Part shown: piece after piece, positions 39,290-53,400 of the stretch | How positions within the stretch are numbered: position 1 is the stretch's first letter | Layout: each line of letters begins with the position of its first letter | NCBI GenBank assembly: GCA_030141605.1 | Contig: JAQGDQ010000297.1 | Span: 62,001-126,000 of the forward strand | Direction of reading: 5' to 3' | Source: Tubiluchus corallicola | Lineage: Eukaryota; Animalia; Priapulida | DNA length: 64,000 bases | The notes under the pieces: generated by a model | The model's database searches: none | What the model saw: only the letters and a program-made list of their open reading frames with translations | What the model was told of the DNA's origin: nothing | Program-made: the position numbers and the translations under genes

Positions 39290-40118
39290 CGAGGTCCTCA
39301 AAGAACGTCTGCGTCAGAACTTCATCAGTGGTTTTTTGATGTGATAGCAAGGTCCTCAAAGATCGTCTGCGTCAGAACTTCATCAGTGATTTTCTGATGT
39401 GATAGCAAGGTCCTCAAAGATCGTCTGCGTCAGAACTTCATCAGTGGTTTTCTGATGTGATAGCAAGGTCCTCAAAGATCGTCTGCGTCAGAACTTCATC
39501 AGTGGTTTTCTGATGTGATAGCAAGGTCCTCAAAGATCGTCTGCGTCAGAACTTCATCAGTGGTTTTCTGATGTGATAGCGAGGTCCTCAAAGATCGTCT
39601 GCGTCAGAACTTCATCAGTGATTTTCTGATGTGATAGCAAGGTCCTCAAAGATCGTCTGCGTCAGAACTTCATCAGTGGTTTTCTGATGTGATAGCAAGG
39701 TCCTCAAAGATCGTCTGCGTCAGAACTTCATCAGTGGTTTTCTGATGTGATAGCGAGGTCCTCAAAGATCGTCTGCGTCAGAACTTCATCAGTGATTTTC
39801 TGATGTGATAGCAAGGTCCTCAAAGATCGTCTGCGTCAGAACTTTATCAGTGGTTTTCTGATGTGATAGCAAGGTCCTCAAAGATCGTCTGCGTCAGAAC
39901 TTCATCAGTGATTTTCTGATGTGATAGCAAGGTCCTCAAAGATCGTCTGCGTCAGAACTTCATCAGTGGTTTTTTGATGTGATAGCAAGGTCCTCAAAGA
40001 TCGTCTGCGTCAGAACTTCGTCAGTGTGTGGGTCGTCTGCGTCAGAACTTCATCAGTGGTTTTTTGATGTGATAGCAAGGTCCTCAAAGATCGTCTGCGT
40101 CAGAACTTCGTCAGTGGT
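39286..40118. repeat. 58-bp tandem array, about 14 near-identical copies
   Basis: Unit aaggtcctcaaagatcgtctgcgtcagaacttcatcagtggttttctgatgtgatagc at 39291, 39349 ... 39987, with one truncated unit near 40025 and a last copy at 40077; no spacers. Confidence 0.97.
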
Positions 40119-40770
40119 ATTGTGCACATGTGAATACGCTGTGTTTTAATTCAAGATTGTGTCACGCCCAGACGTATTTAGTAAACAAGTAATTAATTTT
40201 GTAGAAGCCACTGAAGATTTATTTGCGATGTTTTGATTTCAAACTGCGTTGGTTAGCTAATTGGACTGGGAGAGAGAATGTTGTTCAAGGTGCCGAGATC
40301 GGTTCTTGGTCAGGCACATCTTTATACGTTTTTATGACAGACGTAAAATGCGAAGCTTTTGTTTTTGTAATGTTATTAAAAAACTATAATTTGTTTAGCA
40401 TTCTTATTGTGAACGTTTAAACGATGACGCTGCACAGTAGGCCTAAGTGTGTTTACACGTGCTTACGTAAAACGAGGTATAAACAATTATGTAAGTTTCT
40501 TTCCTAATGTAGGTCAAATTAAATAAACTGGCGTTTTAGTTTTATCGTGTGTACGATGGTTGATGTTTTATTGTCATGACGACAGGTGAATGAATTTTGA
40601 TGACTGTTTTAATAAAATTTTTTACTCAATTATCATAATAGCATATTTTCTATTAGTTTTCAACAGAAATTAACTGATACAGTTACTAGCAAATCTCTAT
40701 TGAGCGTAACAACAAAACAGTTTTTGCACATCGATGCATTCCTGTGTCTATTATTATGAAAGTGAATTAC

Positions 40771-41165
40771 AACCGTTTGTTCCCAATGTATCCTGTGCGA
40801 TATACAACATTCTTTGTCGTGTGCAAAAAAAAACAAAGTCCGACTTTTTTAAAAACACAACAAAAGTAAAAAATGTGCTTTATTTTGCAACTGCTGATAA
40901 TTTTTTAAAGTATTTAAGACATTTAGTATGCATGCTATGCTGATCTGTACAAAGTCGTCTCTAAAGTACTGTACCTTGCACAGTTTTTTATGCTATATAG
41001 ATTTTTTAGTTTGCCATTTTATCACCATTTGTAATCTACTGTTATTGGCTTAAATCAAAATAACTATTAACAGATCAAATAACAGTCAGTTTTAAAATTT
41101 TATTAATTTTAAAAGCAGAAAATATTCTCGTATCCCACGGGATACAATGGGTATGAAAGGGTTAA
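40771..41165. mobile_element. piggyBac-like MITE (degenerate)
   Basis: Right end ggatacaatgggtatgaaaggg-TTAA; left end aaccgtttgttcccaatgtatcc is its imperfect inverse. Confidence 0.45.
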
Positions 41166-42017
41166 CATAACAACTGCCAAACAAAACACTATAATAGGTA
41201 AGAAATTGTACTGAAGTTTGAAGTGAGCAAGTTTCTCAACTTAAGAAAATGTAAACTGTTTGCAAATTCTAGGTTTCTTTGTAAGACAATGCTATAATTC
41301 CACTTTCATAAATGAGTTAATTGTTAAACAAGTGCCTACAATGTTTTTGAGTCAGTTAATATAATACGGTAATGTTCAATTAACTTTCAAATAAAGGACG
41401 ATTATGCAATTTTTTATAAAGATTTTTTTAAAAACCTACAAGGTTGAGACTAACTTGTACTTTGTGTAGCACTGATTGAACATTTTAAACATTGGAATCC
41501 AGAACTACCAATAGTCTTAAGCAAGGCTTTTTCTCAGTAGACAGGACATGCTTTTTTTATAAGTTTTTGCATTTAAACAGCAAATGCATTAGCCTAATTT
41601 AACATAAACGTGTAGTATAAGTACACATAACTGGAATCAATATTGTCAACACAATCTTCCAACATGAGACATAGAGCTAGCATAGGTTTCTTGTTGTGCA
41701 CAGTTGGAAGTAGCTATGATAGAAAAAACTGTCCAAGGGCAACTTTCCAGTTGGTCATACAGTCATTTACTGAACAGACTAGGTGTTGTTTGGTTGCTAC
41801 TGCACACACCATGACCACTGAGCTATTCCACTTTCCCCGAATCATGAAAATTACATAAGATGACCTACAATCATTTGAAGGCAGACCATCACAGTAAGAT
41901 ACTCAATTCTATTCACACAGGGTTGCTGCTAGCACAGTAACTCGGTGACCAGAGTAACAAATATGATGGCCAAATCATGAAATTGACTAATGGGTTTTAC
42001 TTACTTTATGGCATAGC

Positions 42018-42501
42018 CAGGCTGCATAAGATTATGGATATCCATAAAATAAGACCAAAAACCCATAAAATAAAATTTGAAAAATCCATAAAATAATGCA
42101 TGAAATAAAAATATTTTTTTTTGTGATTTTTTGCACAAAATAAGGCAATCAAAACTGAATACAGGCATTGGATCGGAAATTTCAGCCTAGAGGGCATTCT
42201 ACATTCGTACCAAACAGATGAATTATTTGAATTGAAGTGATGAATTACAAGGCATTGTCTCGTAAAATTTGATTAAATTTGAAGTGATATGAAACCGACA
42301 AAATTAAAACTAAGTCCTGCGTGTTTAAAAACACGTTTCAAGCACTCATGTTTTTACTTTTTAATTGATTTCCCCCTGGGCATCTCGTTCCAGATATAGT
42401 CTATTTCTTATTTTATTGATATCCATAAAATAAAATTCCAAAAATCCATAAAATAAGCTATTTTATTTATTTTATACATGTCCATAATCTTATGCACCCT
42501 G
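42018..42501. mobile_element. hAT-superfamily MITE, 484 bp
   Basis: TIRs caggctgcataagattatgga and tccataatcttatgcaccctg, perfect 8-bp TSD ggcatagc (42010-42017 and 42502-42509), subterminal ccataaaataa repeats. Confidence 0.9.
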
Positions 42502-44152
42502 GGCATAGCCCACCTGGTGTTTGAGGTTAACAGTCACATTTTGCATTTAATAAAAAGATGGCAACCTTTTAAACAATACTAGCTTACCTAGAACAGTGTC
42601 ACAGTTAATGACATAACAGACATTAGATGAAGCCTTTTTATTGGCTGTGTCACATTTTACCTACAGCTGCAAACAAAGTTTGACCCTATAGTCTTGAGAT
42701 TAAGTCATCATGTAGTTAGCAGACTAATCTACACAATTAATGCCATATAGATGGCACCTAAATAGTTAAACAGTAAACACACTACAAGTAAGCCTACTAT
42801 TGTTTGCTTCACCCCTAATGCAAAGAAATATGAATTCAATTTTTAAAGTATTAAGTATGGCAGAATTTATGCTAATTTGCTTGTCTGCAAGCTATATTTA
42901 TACTTTTTGATACCATAAATGTCAAAGGATATAAATACATAAATATTTACACTTGAGCTGGTTTGAACTAACTAGCACAATAACAATCCAATAACATATC
43001 ATTAAACAATATTAAGCTATCACAGTTAATACACACCAATAAGCAATACATAGACGTTCATTTTACAACATACATACAACATTTGAGCAGAATAAGATTA
43101 GTTATAACATGGTATCATTATATTTAACACACAACTATTACCTTTTAATTTATATTTATAGTCTTAATTTAAAGACTATTAATTAATAACATGAAAATGA
43201 CTCATTTTATGAAAGGAGACTCACCAAAATAAGGAAATGTGAAAAGACCAGACTGAGCCCGGATTTGAATCTGGATCCAAATCTAACGCTGTGATATTAT
43301 GACAACACAGCTGAATGAGATTCGGGATCCCTGTTTCAAACCCAGGATATGTCAAAACTTTTCATGTTTCCTCCTTTTGGACAAGTTGGATTTAATAAAA
43401 ATTAGTAATACTTTGTTTACTTCATCATTATGTCTAATTTGTTTGGCACGAGACTGCAGATTCCCATCTACACTTAATTGTTTTCAAAAATCTATCCAAG
43501 CAGATGGCTAGTGCAGTTCATGAAGTTGTGATGAGTCCTGGAGTTATTCAGTAGTGAGCAGGTAAGTTGGTAGTTTAGGCATTGATGAGACGGCTAGGCT
43601 TGATGGTTTTCATACCAGGACAATTGAAGAAGTAGTTGAAACTAACACACATGGCTGTTCGGTACACAGTGGTGAAGGATTTTGTGGCAAAGGTAATTCC
43701 ACGCGTAAAGCAAATGTCAGGAAAATTTCTGGGTCTACACAAAAAAAAAACACTATAGGTGAATTTTGAGAAGTCTAATCACTAACTAAACAACACCTAT
43801 ATTAGAACTCAATTGAATATTTACTTGGTGCAAATTGTACATTACACTGAAAATTGGAAGCATCTCAACAATCTCAACAAAGCTTGAACCAACTACTGCT
43901 AAACTAAAGAACAATACTAAAACACATGCATCTACATTTACAAAAATAATAATTACACTAGATATGTATACTATTACTTTACAGTGATAAAAATACTTGC
44001 AATAACTCTCTTTGAAATTCTTAAATGTTCAATTGCATTCCTATATGTACAATACACTGTTACAAAAAATTCAAGTATTTGAGGTTTTTTCATTAGTAAC
44101 TTGTCAAGAAATTTATGGCAAGCAAGTAAATGATATATTAAGTGAATGGTTG

Positions 44153-44423
44153 TCAAGATTCGTTTTCCAAGTTAGGCAAGAGTTTGTAAAGTAGCATATC
44201 ATTAGGTGCCCTCACCCTATAATTGGCATTAAAGTCGACTTCATGCGGTAACGGTGTCCTATAGTGGTAGAATGTGTGATCCAGTGCATACCGATTCAGA
44301 TTGCACACCGATGATGTGTAAATGTCAGCAAAGCGCTGCAGACGGCGAGCAAAATACGACGGAGCCGTGTACGTGCGAAATATACTGCCGAATCGAGCAT
44401 TGTAAACCTCTTTAGTTAGTACT
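44153..44423 (-). CDS. NT5DC3: NT5DC exon 13 (terminal; may instead splice at 44216)
   Basis: [61 protein letters not shown]...NES then TGA at 44155-44153. Confidence 0.9.
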
Positions 44424-47400
44424 CTGAAAAGACATCTTTTTTAAATTTCTGTAATATAACTAATGTTATACAGATTATTAATGTTCCACAGACAATGTTT
44501 CAGAGATTCCAGAAGTAACCAATGGTCAACACAATGGCATACTGGGTGTAAATATATTGGATGCCTCGAGACAAAGGGAGTTACCCATAACTACAATGCT
44601 TCTAGTGGAAAGGAGGAGCAATTAAAATTTTCCCATAAAATGCCTATTTTTACTAATTTTAGCATACAAGAATTGCAAGAGTTAATGACAGCATACAATG
44701 TAAATACAGAATGATGTAAGTGAATTTTTAAATTATTTTTTTAAATTTCATTGTTTTGTGGATATTATTAAATAGTTTACTTGTACACACTTTTTTGCAA
44801 TGTGGCAAAAAACTGATTTGCAAATGCAATTAAAATACATTGCATTTGGTAATTTTACATGTTCTCTCTTCACCAGGACCCACTGACCATTGGATCCATG
44901 TGTCATCGGGTAAACTGACCACCGAACTGCATTAAAATAACTTAAAATAATAAAAATCAAAAAGATTAACTAGTGACTATTTTAACTTGAACAATTAAGA
45001 CGACTCAAACTCAAAACCAGGAATCATGACACTTCAGCAAATGATTATGACGTAGCACTAAAAATGTAATGCATATTCTTGTTTTCTGGAAATTGGACAA
45101 AAACAGAAAGGTGAGTTAGTGAGCGAGCCCTACGGATGGGCCTATTTAGCACACAATGGCACCTGAATTGAACGGCAACTTAACAATTGTATAAAGAACT
45201 CACCGCAAATCAGATAGTTCTCTTTTCCACTCCGACACTATGTACTTTGAATCTGGCACACTAGCCTCCTACAAGTAGAAAATCAGTGTATAAGAATTAG
45301 GTTAGTAAGTAAGTAATTTCACGTGATTCTAGGAAGAAAAAATGTAGAGACGTACAAGCATATAAGTCCTAAGTATCTCTAAAAGCTTACTGGGCTTGTA
45401 TGCTGCTAGGCATTTGAGACCAGAATGAGTAGGGCCAAGAAATAATTGTGTTGGAAAGTTATGCAAACATGTAAATGGACGTATTAGACAATTACGTATA
45501 ATTCAAAGTATTATACAATGCAAAGCTTGATAATGGTATAACTGGGAAACACATAACGTGTGGCTATAAGCAAATCTTATTATATTAAATTAGATGACAA
45601 ATTTTAAATACACATAAATGTTGGTGCAGTATTAGTCAATGGAGAGGAAAGGTAGACACCGAAAACATAAAGTTCCATTACTAGCAGCAGTTCTGAAAGA
45701 GAACAGCCTTTCAAACAGATGCTGTAGAATTCCACAAAAATAAAAGCGGACCTCTTACAGGCATTCCAGAGGTTACTTGCTTGTTTGTATGTCTATATAA
45801 TGCTTTTTTCACATTATTACATTTTTGGTGTTTATGAATTGAATTGAATTCAAGAATACTTTTAAAATCTTAGACAAATTATTTTTCATAAAAGATTTCA
45901 TTTTAAGTAAAAAATTAATGTTGAATTCAAGAATACTTTTAAAATCTTAGACAAATTATTTTTCATAAAAGATTTCATTTTAAGTAAAAAATTAATGTTG
46001 AATTCAAGTATACTTTTAAAATCTTAGACAAATTATTTTTCATAAAAGATTTCATTTTCAGTAAAAAAATTAATGTAGTGCCTAAAGATGCAATACCTCA
46101 GCAAAATAAATTTTATTCAAACTTATTAAGCTTAAATCAAAAAACTATTTACCTGCAAATTTGATATGAGAATCTTCAAGGCTTGAAGCCATTTTGCTGC
46201 ACGTTTGTACTGAAGACTATTTAACACTTGTATTTCTCCTTCTAACTCTGGTATAATGGCACCAGTTCGCCACCCATGTCTAACTGCTGGGTCCTGCGAA
46301 AAAAGTTGCCATTGTTAGCCATTATTACAAGCCGCAACGCAAGTACTAAAGACCAGAAACAGATCATTTTATAGTGTTTTATGAAATTGTGTTTTGTTTG
46401 AAAACCAATATACTTGAAAAATCTATAACACCGGAGAAAGATAAAATATTGTTAATAATTTGCAAGAACCTTAGATGAAGCTTAGGTTAAATTAAAGGTC
46501 AAAATATTCTCTCACATAAATGTATGTTTTGCATTCATAAACAAAACTATTGTGGCTTAAAATGGAGCTCAAGCAAAGGTTGAGGTATTTTAATACTACT
46601 ATGAAGATGGAGGATACTGATCTGTATGTTTTCTTTAATCGGGAAATTAGCACTTTTCAGGGTGACAGTGTTTTCAGAGTTCTTCACAAATACCTGCTGG
46701 AGCCCCGGTAATAGTTGCCAAGTCATCGGAGCTTGAAAGGTACCATTAGTTTTTCTCGCCTAAGTTTAATCATGTCACAACTGAAGATTTGTTCTTTGAT
46801 TTTTACAGCTCAGAATATTGTTGTTCACTAAACCAGTCTGTTAGAATAATTCTATTTTTCCTATCGGTGTAAGTAAGAAAACTCTTTCGGGTTTTATCTG
46901 TTTTACTTTGTTACACTCTCTTAATTATTCTCACCATTTACTAACACTTCTAAGCTCACAAAATCCAGCTACTTGGGACTTATAGTTAGTTGGATACTTA
47001 CAGTTATATGTTGGCTAGATACTTACAGTTATATGTTGGCTAGATACTTACAGTTATATGTTGGCTAGATACTTACAGTTATATGTTGGCTAGTACAGTA
47101 AGTCCTCACTTAGCAACTCCCAGTTTGGTGACACTTCATTTTAACGACGCTGACCTTTCCACACGTTTTTTCACTTATCGTCGCACGTTTCACTTTAATG
47201 CTGATTTTTTTTATTTTTCACAAGGCAATTTTTTATTTTATCAGTAAAATTTTAACAGTACATACTGCATTATTCTGTTCTAAAAACACACTAGTAGCAT
47301 AAACAGTGTATTTACTATACACATTTTTACTTCTTGACAGGCTACCAAATGCTAGTAAGACCTGAGAGCAACCTGTTGTTACATCAACTGCACTAAGTAT

Positions 47401-50400
47401 CTAGATAAAATTCGCAAAGTCGCCCAGGGCTCGGCTTTGACTGTGCAGTGTTTATTATTTAACCGCTGCCTAGGCTTAAACCTTAATAAAGGAGAAACCG
47501 CTATAGCTAGGTAATGATAAGTAAGATATATCGTTAAGCGAGGACTTACTGTAGTACTAAAAGTACTACAAATTACAATAACATAATGAGAATGGGCACT
47601 TCCCGAGAAACGAGTGTTGAGCAAGTGACTATTATGAATGGCTGTAGATTGATTTGCACCAGTCTAACAATTTAAAGATAAGAGTTAACAAATTTCAATT
47701 TTTTGATCATCAGTTGGTCAAAAGTCAAACAGACACACTGCCTAATATAACTAACTAAGTGATGCAGCCGAGGTACATGATTTGTTTTAGAAAAAATGTA
47801 GACTTACAGCTAAATCACTGTAAACATGGTCACCAAAATATAGAACATTTCCACTCTCCCACCGTGTTAAGTATTTGAACTGATCTATGTTACCCTAAAT
47901 TAAAACAATGTCAGTAATTACCTGTCTAATAAATAAGTTTTAAAGCACAAAGCAATGAGGTGTGAAGTAAGTATTGAAAGGGACGAAGTCTGAAACTCGA
48001 ATTAATCAGGTATCAATGGCTGTACATAGACTTCTATAACGCAGAAAGAAACAGACTTTTTTAGTTGCTGCATAGAAAACTCCATCTTCAACTCAAATGT
48101 TTCCAAAAAATTTAATAATTTCTCATTTTATCAAAAGATTTGATAATTGAAAAATAGTTGATATGAAATTGGTCCCAGTAAAGACCCTAGAGGCACTTGA
48201 CAAAATGTCATTCAACTCCACAGTTGAAATATACTATACAAAACTTCGTTTAGTCTAGAAGTAACACCTCATACTAGAATCGTTCAGAATTTTTGCAAGC
48301 AGAATTAAATAGTTTAGATTGAAGGACGTTATAATGTAATATCAATGTTATCCATAAAGTCGTGAACAACAGATTTGTTATAAAGTTGATAATCTTTACC
48401 GATTTCAACACATCGGGACAGCATAGACTGAAAACTTCGAACCTACCTCACAGTAAACTTTGCCTTTTGTAAGATCAGTGACGACATCCCAACCAACTCG
48501 CTTTCCTACTAAGTCGTAGTTTCTAAAAGGCCTGAAAGACAGTATAAAAGAACTTAAGACACGACAATAATTGCTAAATATTAAGGGAATTTATGCTCGA
48601 CGGAAATATCAAAATATTTATGATAAAAAAAACAGCATTTGTGACATTTTAATTGTTTTTACAATGAATGGAATCTCATCCTATCAAGTGAAACTGACAG
48701 AAACTGTGGCTACAAAACTAGTTTATTGCTCTTTACGTTTTTGCTCAAAACTAAAACTAAAGTTGAAAGTTTTGTTTACAGGACTTAAAGTGAATTTTCA
48801 ATCGCACTGAAATTTTTTAAAGTTACATTACTAAAATGCTTTTACTGCAAAAAAAAAATTGAGATAGCATGATGTTTGGACAACTTGTGGCAACAAAAGT
48901 TACAATATAAGTATATGTGGCAAATGGGAGGACTTGGTTAGGCACAATCTTCAAAATTTATAAAAGACATTCTTATAACTTAATTGGTAAAAACTGGTAG
49001 GTAACCATTTTGATAGAAAGAATATTGCACTGTTTCATTTTGCACAAGCTTTTCATTCAAGATATCTTTATGAATGCTTCCAATTCAATTATTAGTGTTT
49101 GTATTTAAGCACAATTAATGGCTAAATCTAAATCTCCTATGACAGCATTAACCTGTAACACTCAACCTGAAATGTGTAAGAATTTGAACGTTTTTTGACT
49201 AAAAGTTAATATGTGACTAGTGTTAAATTCCAACTTCATCACGTGCAAGTTTGTACCATCTGAGCATACCTAGAGTTTTCGATAAAGAATTTTGGTTTCC
49301 TGGCTTTTGTAATAATGAAATTGAAATATTCTAACCAATCTTCACCTATGAGATGATTCATGCCTGCATCTCTGAAATACAAAATAAAAAGTTTAAAAAG
49401 GGTTGAAAAAGTGCAAAAATTTTTTGTTTTCAAGCACGTCTGTAGTTCACAGTTCTTACTCTTATTTCAGCAAATTCTTAGCGAAATTAGCCATGAAACA
49501 AAGTTTATTTCCACTTACAAAATAATTTTATGTATGTTCATGTAAATGTTTATTCTCTCCAACAATATGTATTAAACAGAAGGGAGCAGTCAGCGAGGCA
49601 GAATGATAAAAGTTAAATTTGAAAATCCAAGAACAGCTATTTAGCTGCGGTGAATACTCACACGTATGAAAAGTCGCTGTTCGTAATAAGAAAGACATTT
49701 CTGTCTTGACTTTGTAGCTGACGCAACATTTTAGTTAGACCAGGATCCCTATCGACATATAAGGCTGAAAAATATATTAGAAAACCAGTCAACAGACCAG
49801 TCATCTGCACAGTTTCCCATTGTATTTAAATAAGAATTTACAACAACAGATATATACAAATTGCTAACTTTAAACAATCTTGTATTTGTGAACAATGTGC
49901 TTGTCCCATTTTGTTATGAAGTATTTCCTTGCACAGACTAAACAACATAAATGCGAAACACCTACTCTAAATAGTACTACAGTTTTTATTCGCCTGATTT
50001 CACTGTAAAAATATTTATGATTTCAAAGATGTAATTAGCAGATTAGTATGAGATCATGTCACAAAAACCAGGATATAATAATTATATACTAGAGCTGCAT
50101 ACTAGCGATTTGTGATTTGCTGTAGTCAAAGTGAAAATGAAACACACAAATGTTTTTCAGATGTAAGAAAGGAATTTACCGATATGTGGATATCTCTTTC
50201 AAGTATATTTTTACTTACACAAATCAGAGCAAAGAAAACAGATGTTTTAGGAGACCTCTGCAGGGCTTCTTCTTCAGACTTCAACATATCTTTGAAATTT
50301 TCTTTTCTTAAAATTTGTTTAGTTAAAAAATGCTTGAAACATCCAAGTATCTATCAATTATACTTATTAAAATTTAATGTATATTTATGGATGCCAAATC

Positions 50401-53400
50401 CATTAATGTGTTGCAGATGAACTATTTCAATTCTCAAGTTTTAGTACTTACAGAAATCTTTCTTGACAGTACTGTGCATTAAACCAGCACTATGAACAAA
50501 CTCTGTTGCTCCCTACAATAAAACAATTCGGTTGCAAATTCAAGAATTCTGTTGTCATGTAAATATTGTACATGCGAAAAAAGACACTCTTGGACAATAA
50601 AGTCCCGCTGAAAGCATTTAAGGCATTTAACTTCAAAATTTTGATGATAATGTGCTGAAAAATTGCTAAATTGTGGAACTACATTGCATTCAAAGAAAAC
50701 GGCTTAGGACAAGTGATACAGCAGACAAATATTATGTTAGTGGAGTGCTAGCACCTTCATGGTGGTTGATTCATACTCTTGAAGAGCACAAGTGTTTTGA
50801 ACTGGTATAACCCCCATTTTAATAAATTGTAGACTAATAAGTAAAATAAAAAACTACAATCACTAACTACTAAACAAAAAAATGATATGAGGTTACTTAG
50901 CCCAACATTTATGATTTTTGGAAAATGTTTTAAAAAACTGAAAGTTTGAAAGCAACTTATACAAAAAATAGCAATGATAAAATACTATTTTTATTTTTAT
51001 TTTTTACACAGTTCACCAATCTACAAACTAGTACTGTATAGCAAGGTCTACTTATTCAAATAATGGTTGCATTGTGGCAGGACCGGAATCCACTTCCTCA
51101 ATAAGCACAACCTTTTATGATGAAACACTGATTTACCATAGATATCCCACAGGAATGTGTGAATATGGCAGCATGGCAGAAAAAATTGCCAAGAAACAGT
51201 TTTTCTAGAGATCACTCATCAATGCACTAACTAAGCCTGGAGTTGTTCAATTTTGTAGCATAGTTAACATTGAGATGAAATGTTAGTCAATAAAAATCAC
51301 ACATAAACAATTACTAAGGAATTCTCATAATCAAAGTACTTACCCTCACATCATCAAACAGATAATCAGGAGTATACTGGAGTCCATTTTGCAGGAAGTA
51401 CTCGCTGATGTCTGCCAGCAAGCAGGTTTCAGTTAGGGAAAACATGTCTGTAAGTTCACGAAAATGAGCACCCTATAAGATAAATAAAAACAGCATCCAG
51501 ATCAAAACAACTAAGATCATTTTTCATTTCAAAATATCAATGAAGACTATTATCATGTAAAAAAACACAATTTGGAGTTTGTTGCCAGGTCAAAGTGTGG
51601 AAAAATGGGAAACAGACGATCCAATATTTCTGGTGCTCTGTTAATGCTATTATAACATGTAGCATGGAATATAATTTCAGAGAAAAGCTTTATTTGAAAC
51701 AGAAGACAACTGTTTGATGTCTGTGTGTCATAGTTATTCAAGTTAGCCCAGGCCAGCTGCACAGCTAATAAACTGTTCAAAAATAACAACAGATTCTGTT
51801 GAAATTGTAAGAGATTTATTATTTATTAGCAATTGACCTAATGCAAACTGTGTTCGTGCAAGACGATAATGTTCAGTTCAGTCTCTCAATACCCTTCTTT
51901 TCTTACCAACAAGAATTTATAAATCCAGCTTTTTCCATTGGCTACTGCGACAAAATTGTTTCTCTGAAAACTAAAACTTTACTCGATTCAAAAAATCGCA
52001 AATCCTATAGCAAAAAGTTATGTGAATCTTGTTTGTCTGGACATGTATTCATACCTTACCATAAGTGGCCATTTCTGGCATTTTGAAATTAAAAAAACAA
52101 ATATTTAAAGTACATTAACATAGTTCTACTAGTTCAATGATATCACACAAAACCATATAACACCTCCAGTGAGAAAAAGGGTTTTTAAAATTGCTTCGAT
52201 AAAAATTTAAAAGAAAAAATCTAAAAATGCCTGATACATGATCCAGATCAAGGTTTATATACATATAACTATTAAAACATTATGCACTTTTACCTCCATT
52301 CTTGTATAACCGTAAAGGCTAGTTCCCAAGTCAAGAGGTATGTGCAGACCACCATAGAATTTACGAATTTCTTCCTCACTGACCGGAGAATGTCCACGGA
52401 AGACCGTTCCTGGCTGAATTTTGTGAAAGGCATCGACTTTCATAATCATCCCCTAATAACATATCACTACATTAAGATACACAATCAATAGCAAGATGGT
52501 TTGCATTTGTAAAACAAAATTCAAATTTGAAGGTAGGAAGAAATTTTTTCTCGTTAAGTTATGAATTGCAGATCTTTCATTTACTCTGTAATGGGTGAAA
52601 ATTTATCATTTTTCAAAACAAGAAACTGCAAAATGTCAGCATTTCTCAGGTCACTTAAAGACTGACACAAAATCAGCTCAGGTCTTTCGTACCATAACTC
52701 GTGATAGTTCAATTTGATCATCTCTGCTGCTTTGCAGTAATTAATGGGAAAATCTGCTAAATTTATCGCAAATTTCACTTTACTAGGAATTTCCATTTGC
52801 TAAAAAAAGACAGAATTATGATCTCATGGTGCGTGAAGTATCTCATGGTGCATGAAGCACCACCATGCCTGAACAGCTTAATTATAATGAAATAAAAAAA
52901 GGATTAATGCCAACATTTAATAATAATTGAACTGGAAGCTTCATAGTGTGTGAAACTGCACCAAGACACTCAGAACTATAAGCACATGCTCACTGTATCC
53001 ACCTTACTAAAAAAGTGTGCTTGGCTGAAACTGTAGCTATACTAATTCATACCTTATGAACATCGTAGTGAAGACCTCTTATGGCAAAATCTGGATTAAA
53101 CCTGAGATTAGATAATTCCCTTGGATACTATAAAAAAATAACAAAAATTGTATACTTGGTACATAGTTCAGAGTAGTAAGTGAAATGGATAGATGCGGCT
53201 GTTCACAATAGACAATAAAGAGATTTCTGTAAAAAGATTATTTAGTATTTTGATATGACTGAAAAATTCGTGCAAAACTGGTCAAGTTCAGGTCAATGCC
53301 GGACTTAGTATATTAACTATGGCGTTATGACAGCAACTGCTACGAATTTAAGCAGTAGCTAGTCGGAACATGATCAGAAAAACCAGAAATGACTGAGTGA

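Noticed and set aside
39286-40118. CRISPR-like array
   Set aside because: Units are contiguous and near-identical with no unique spacers; no cas genes; eukaryotic context
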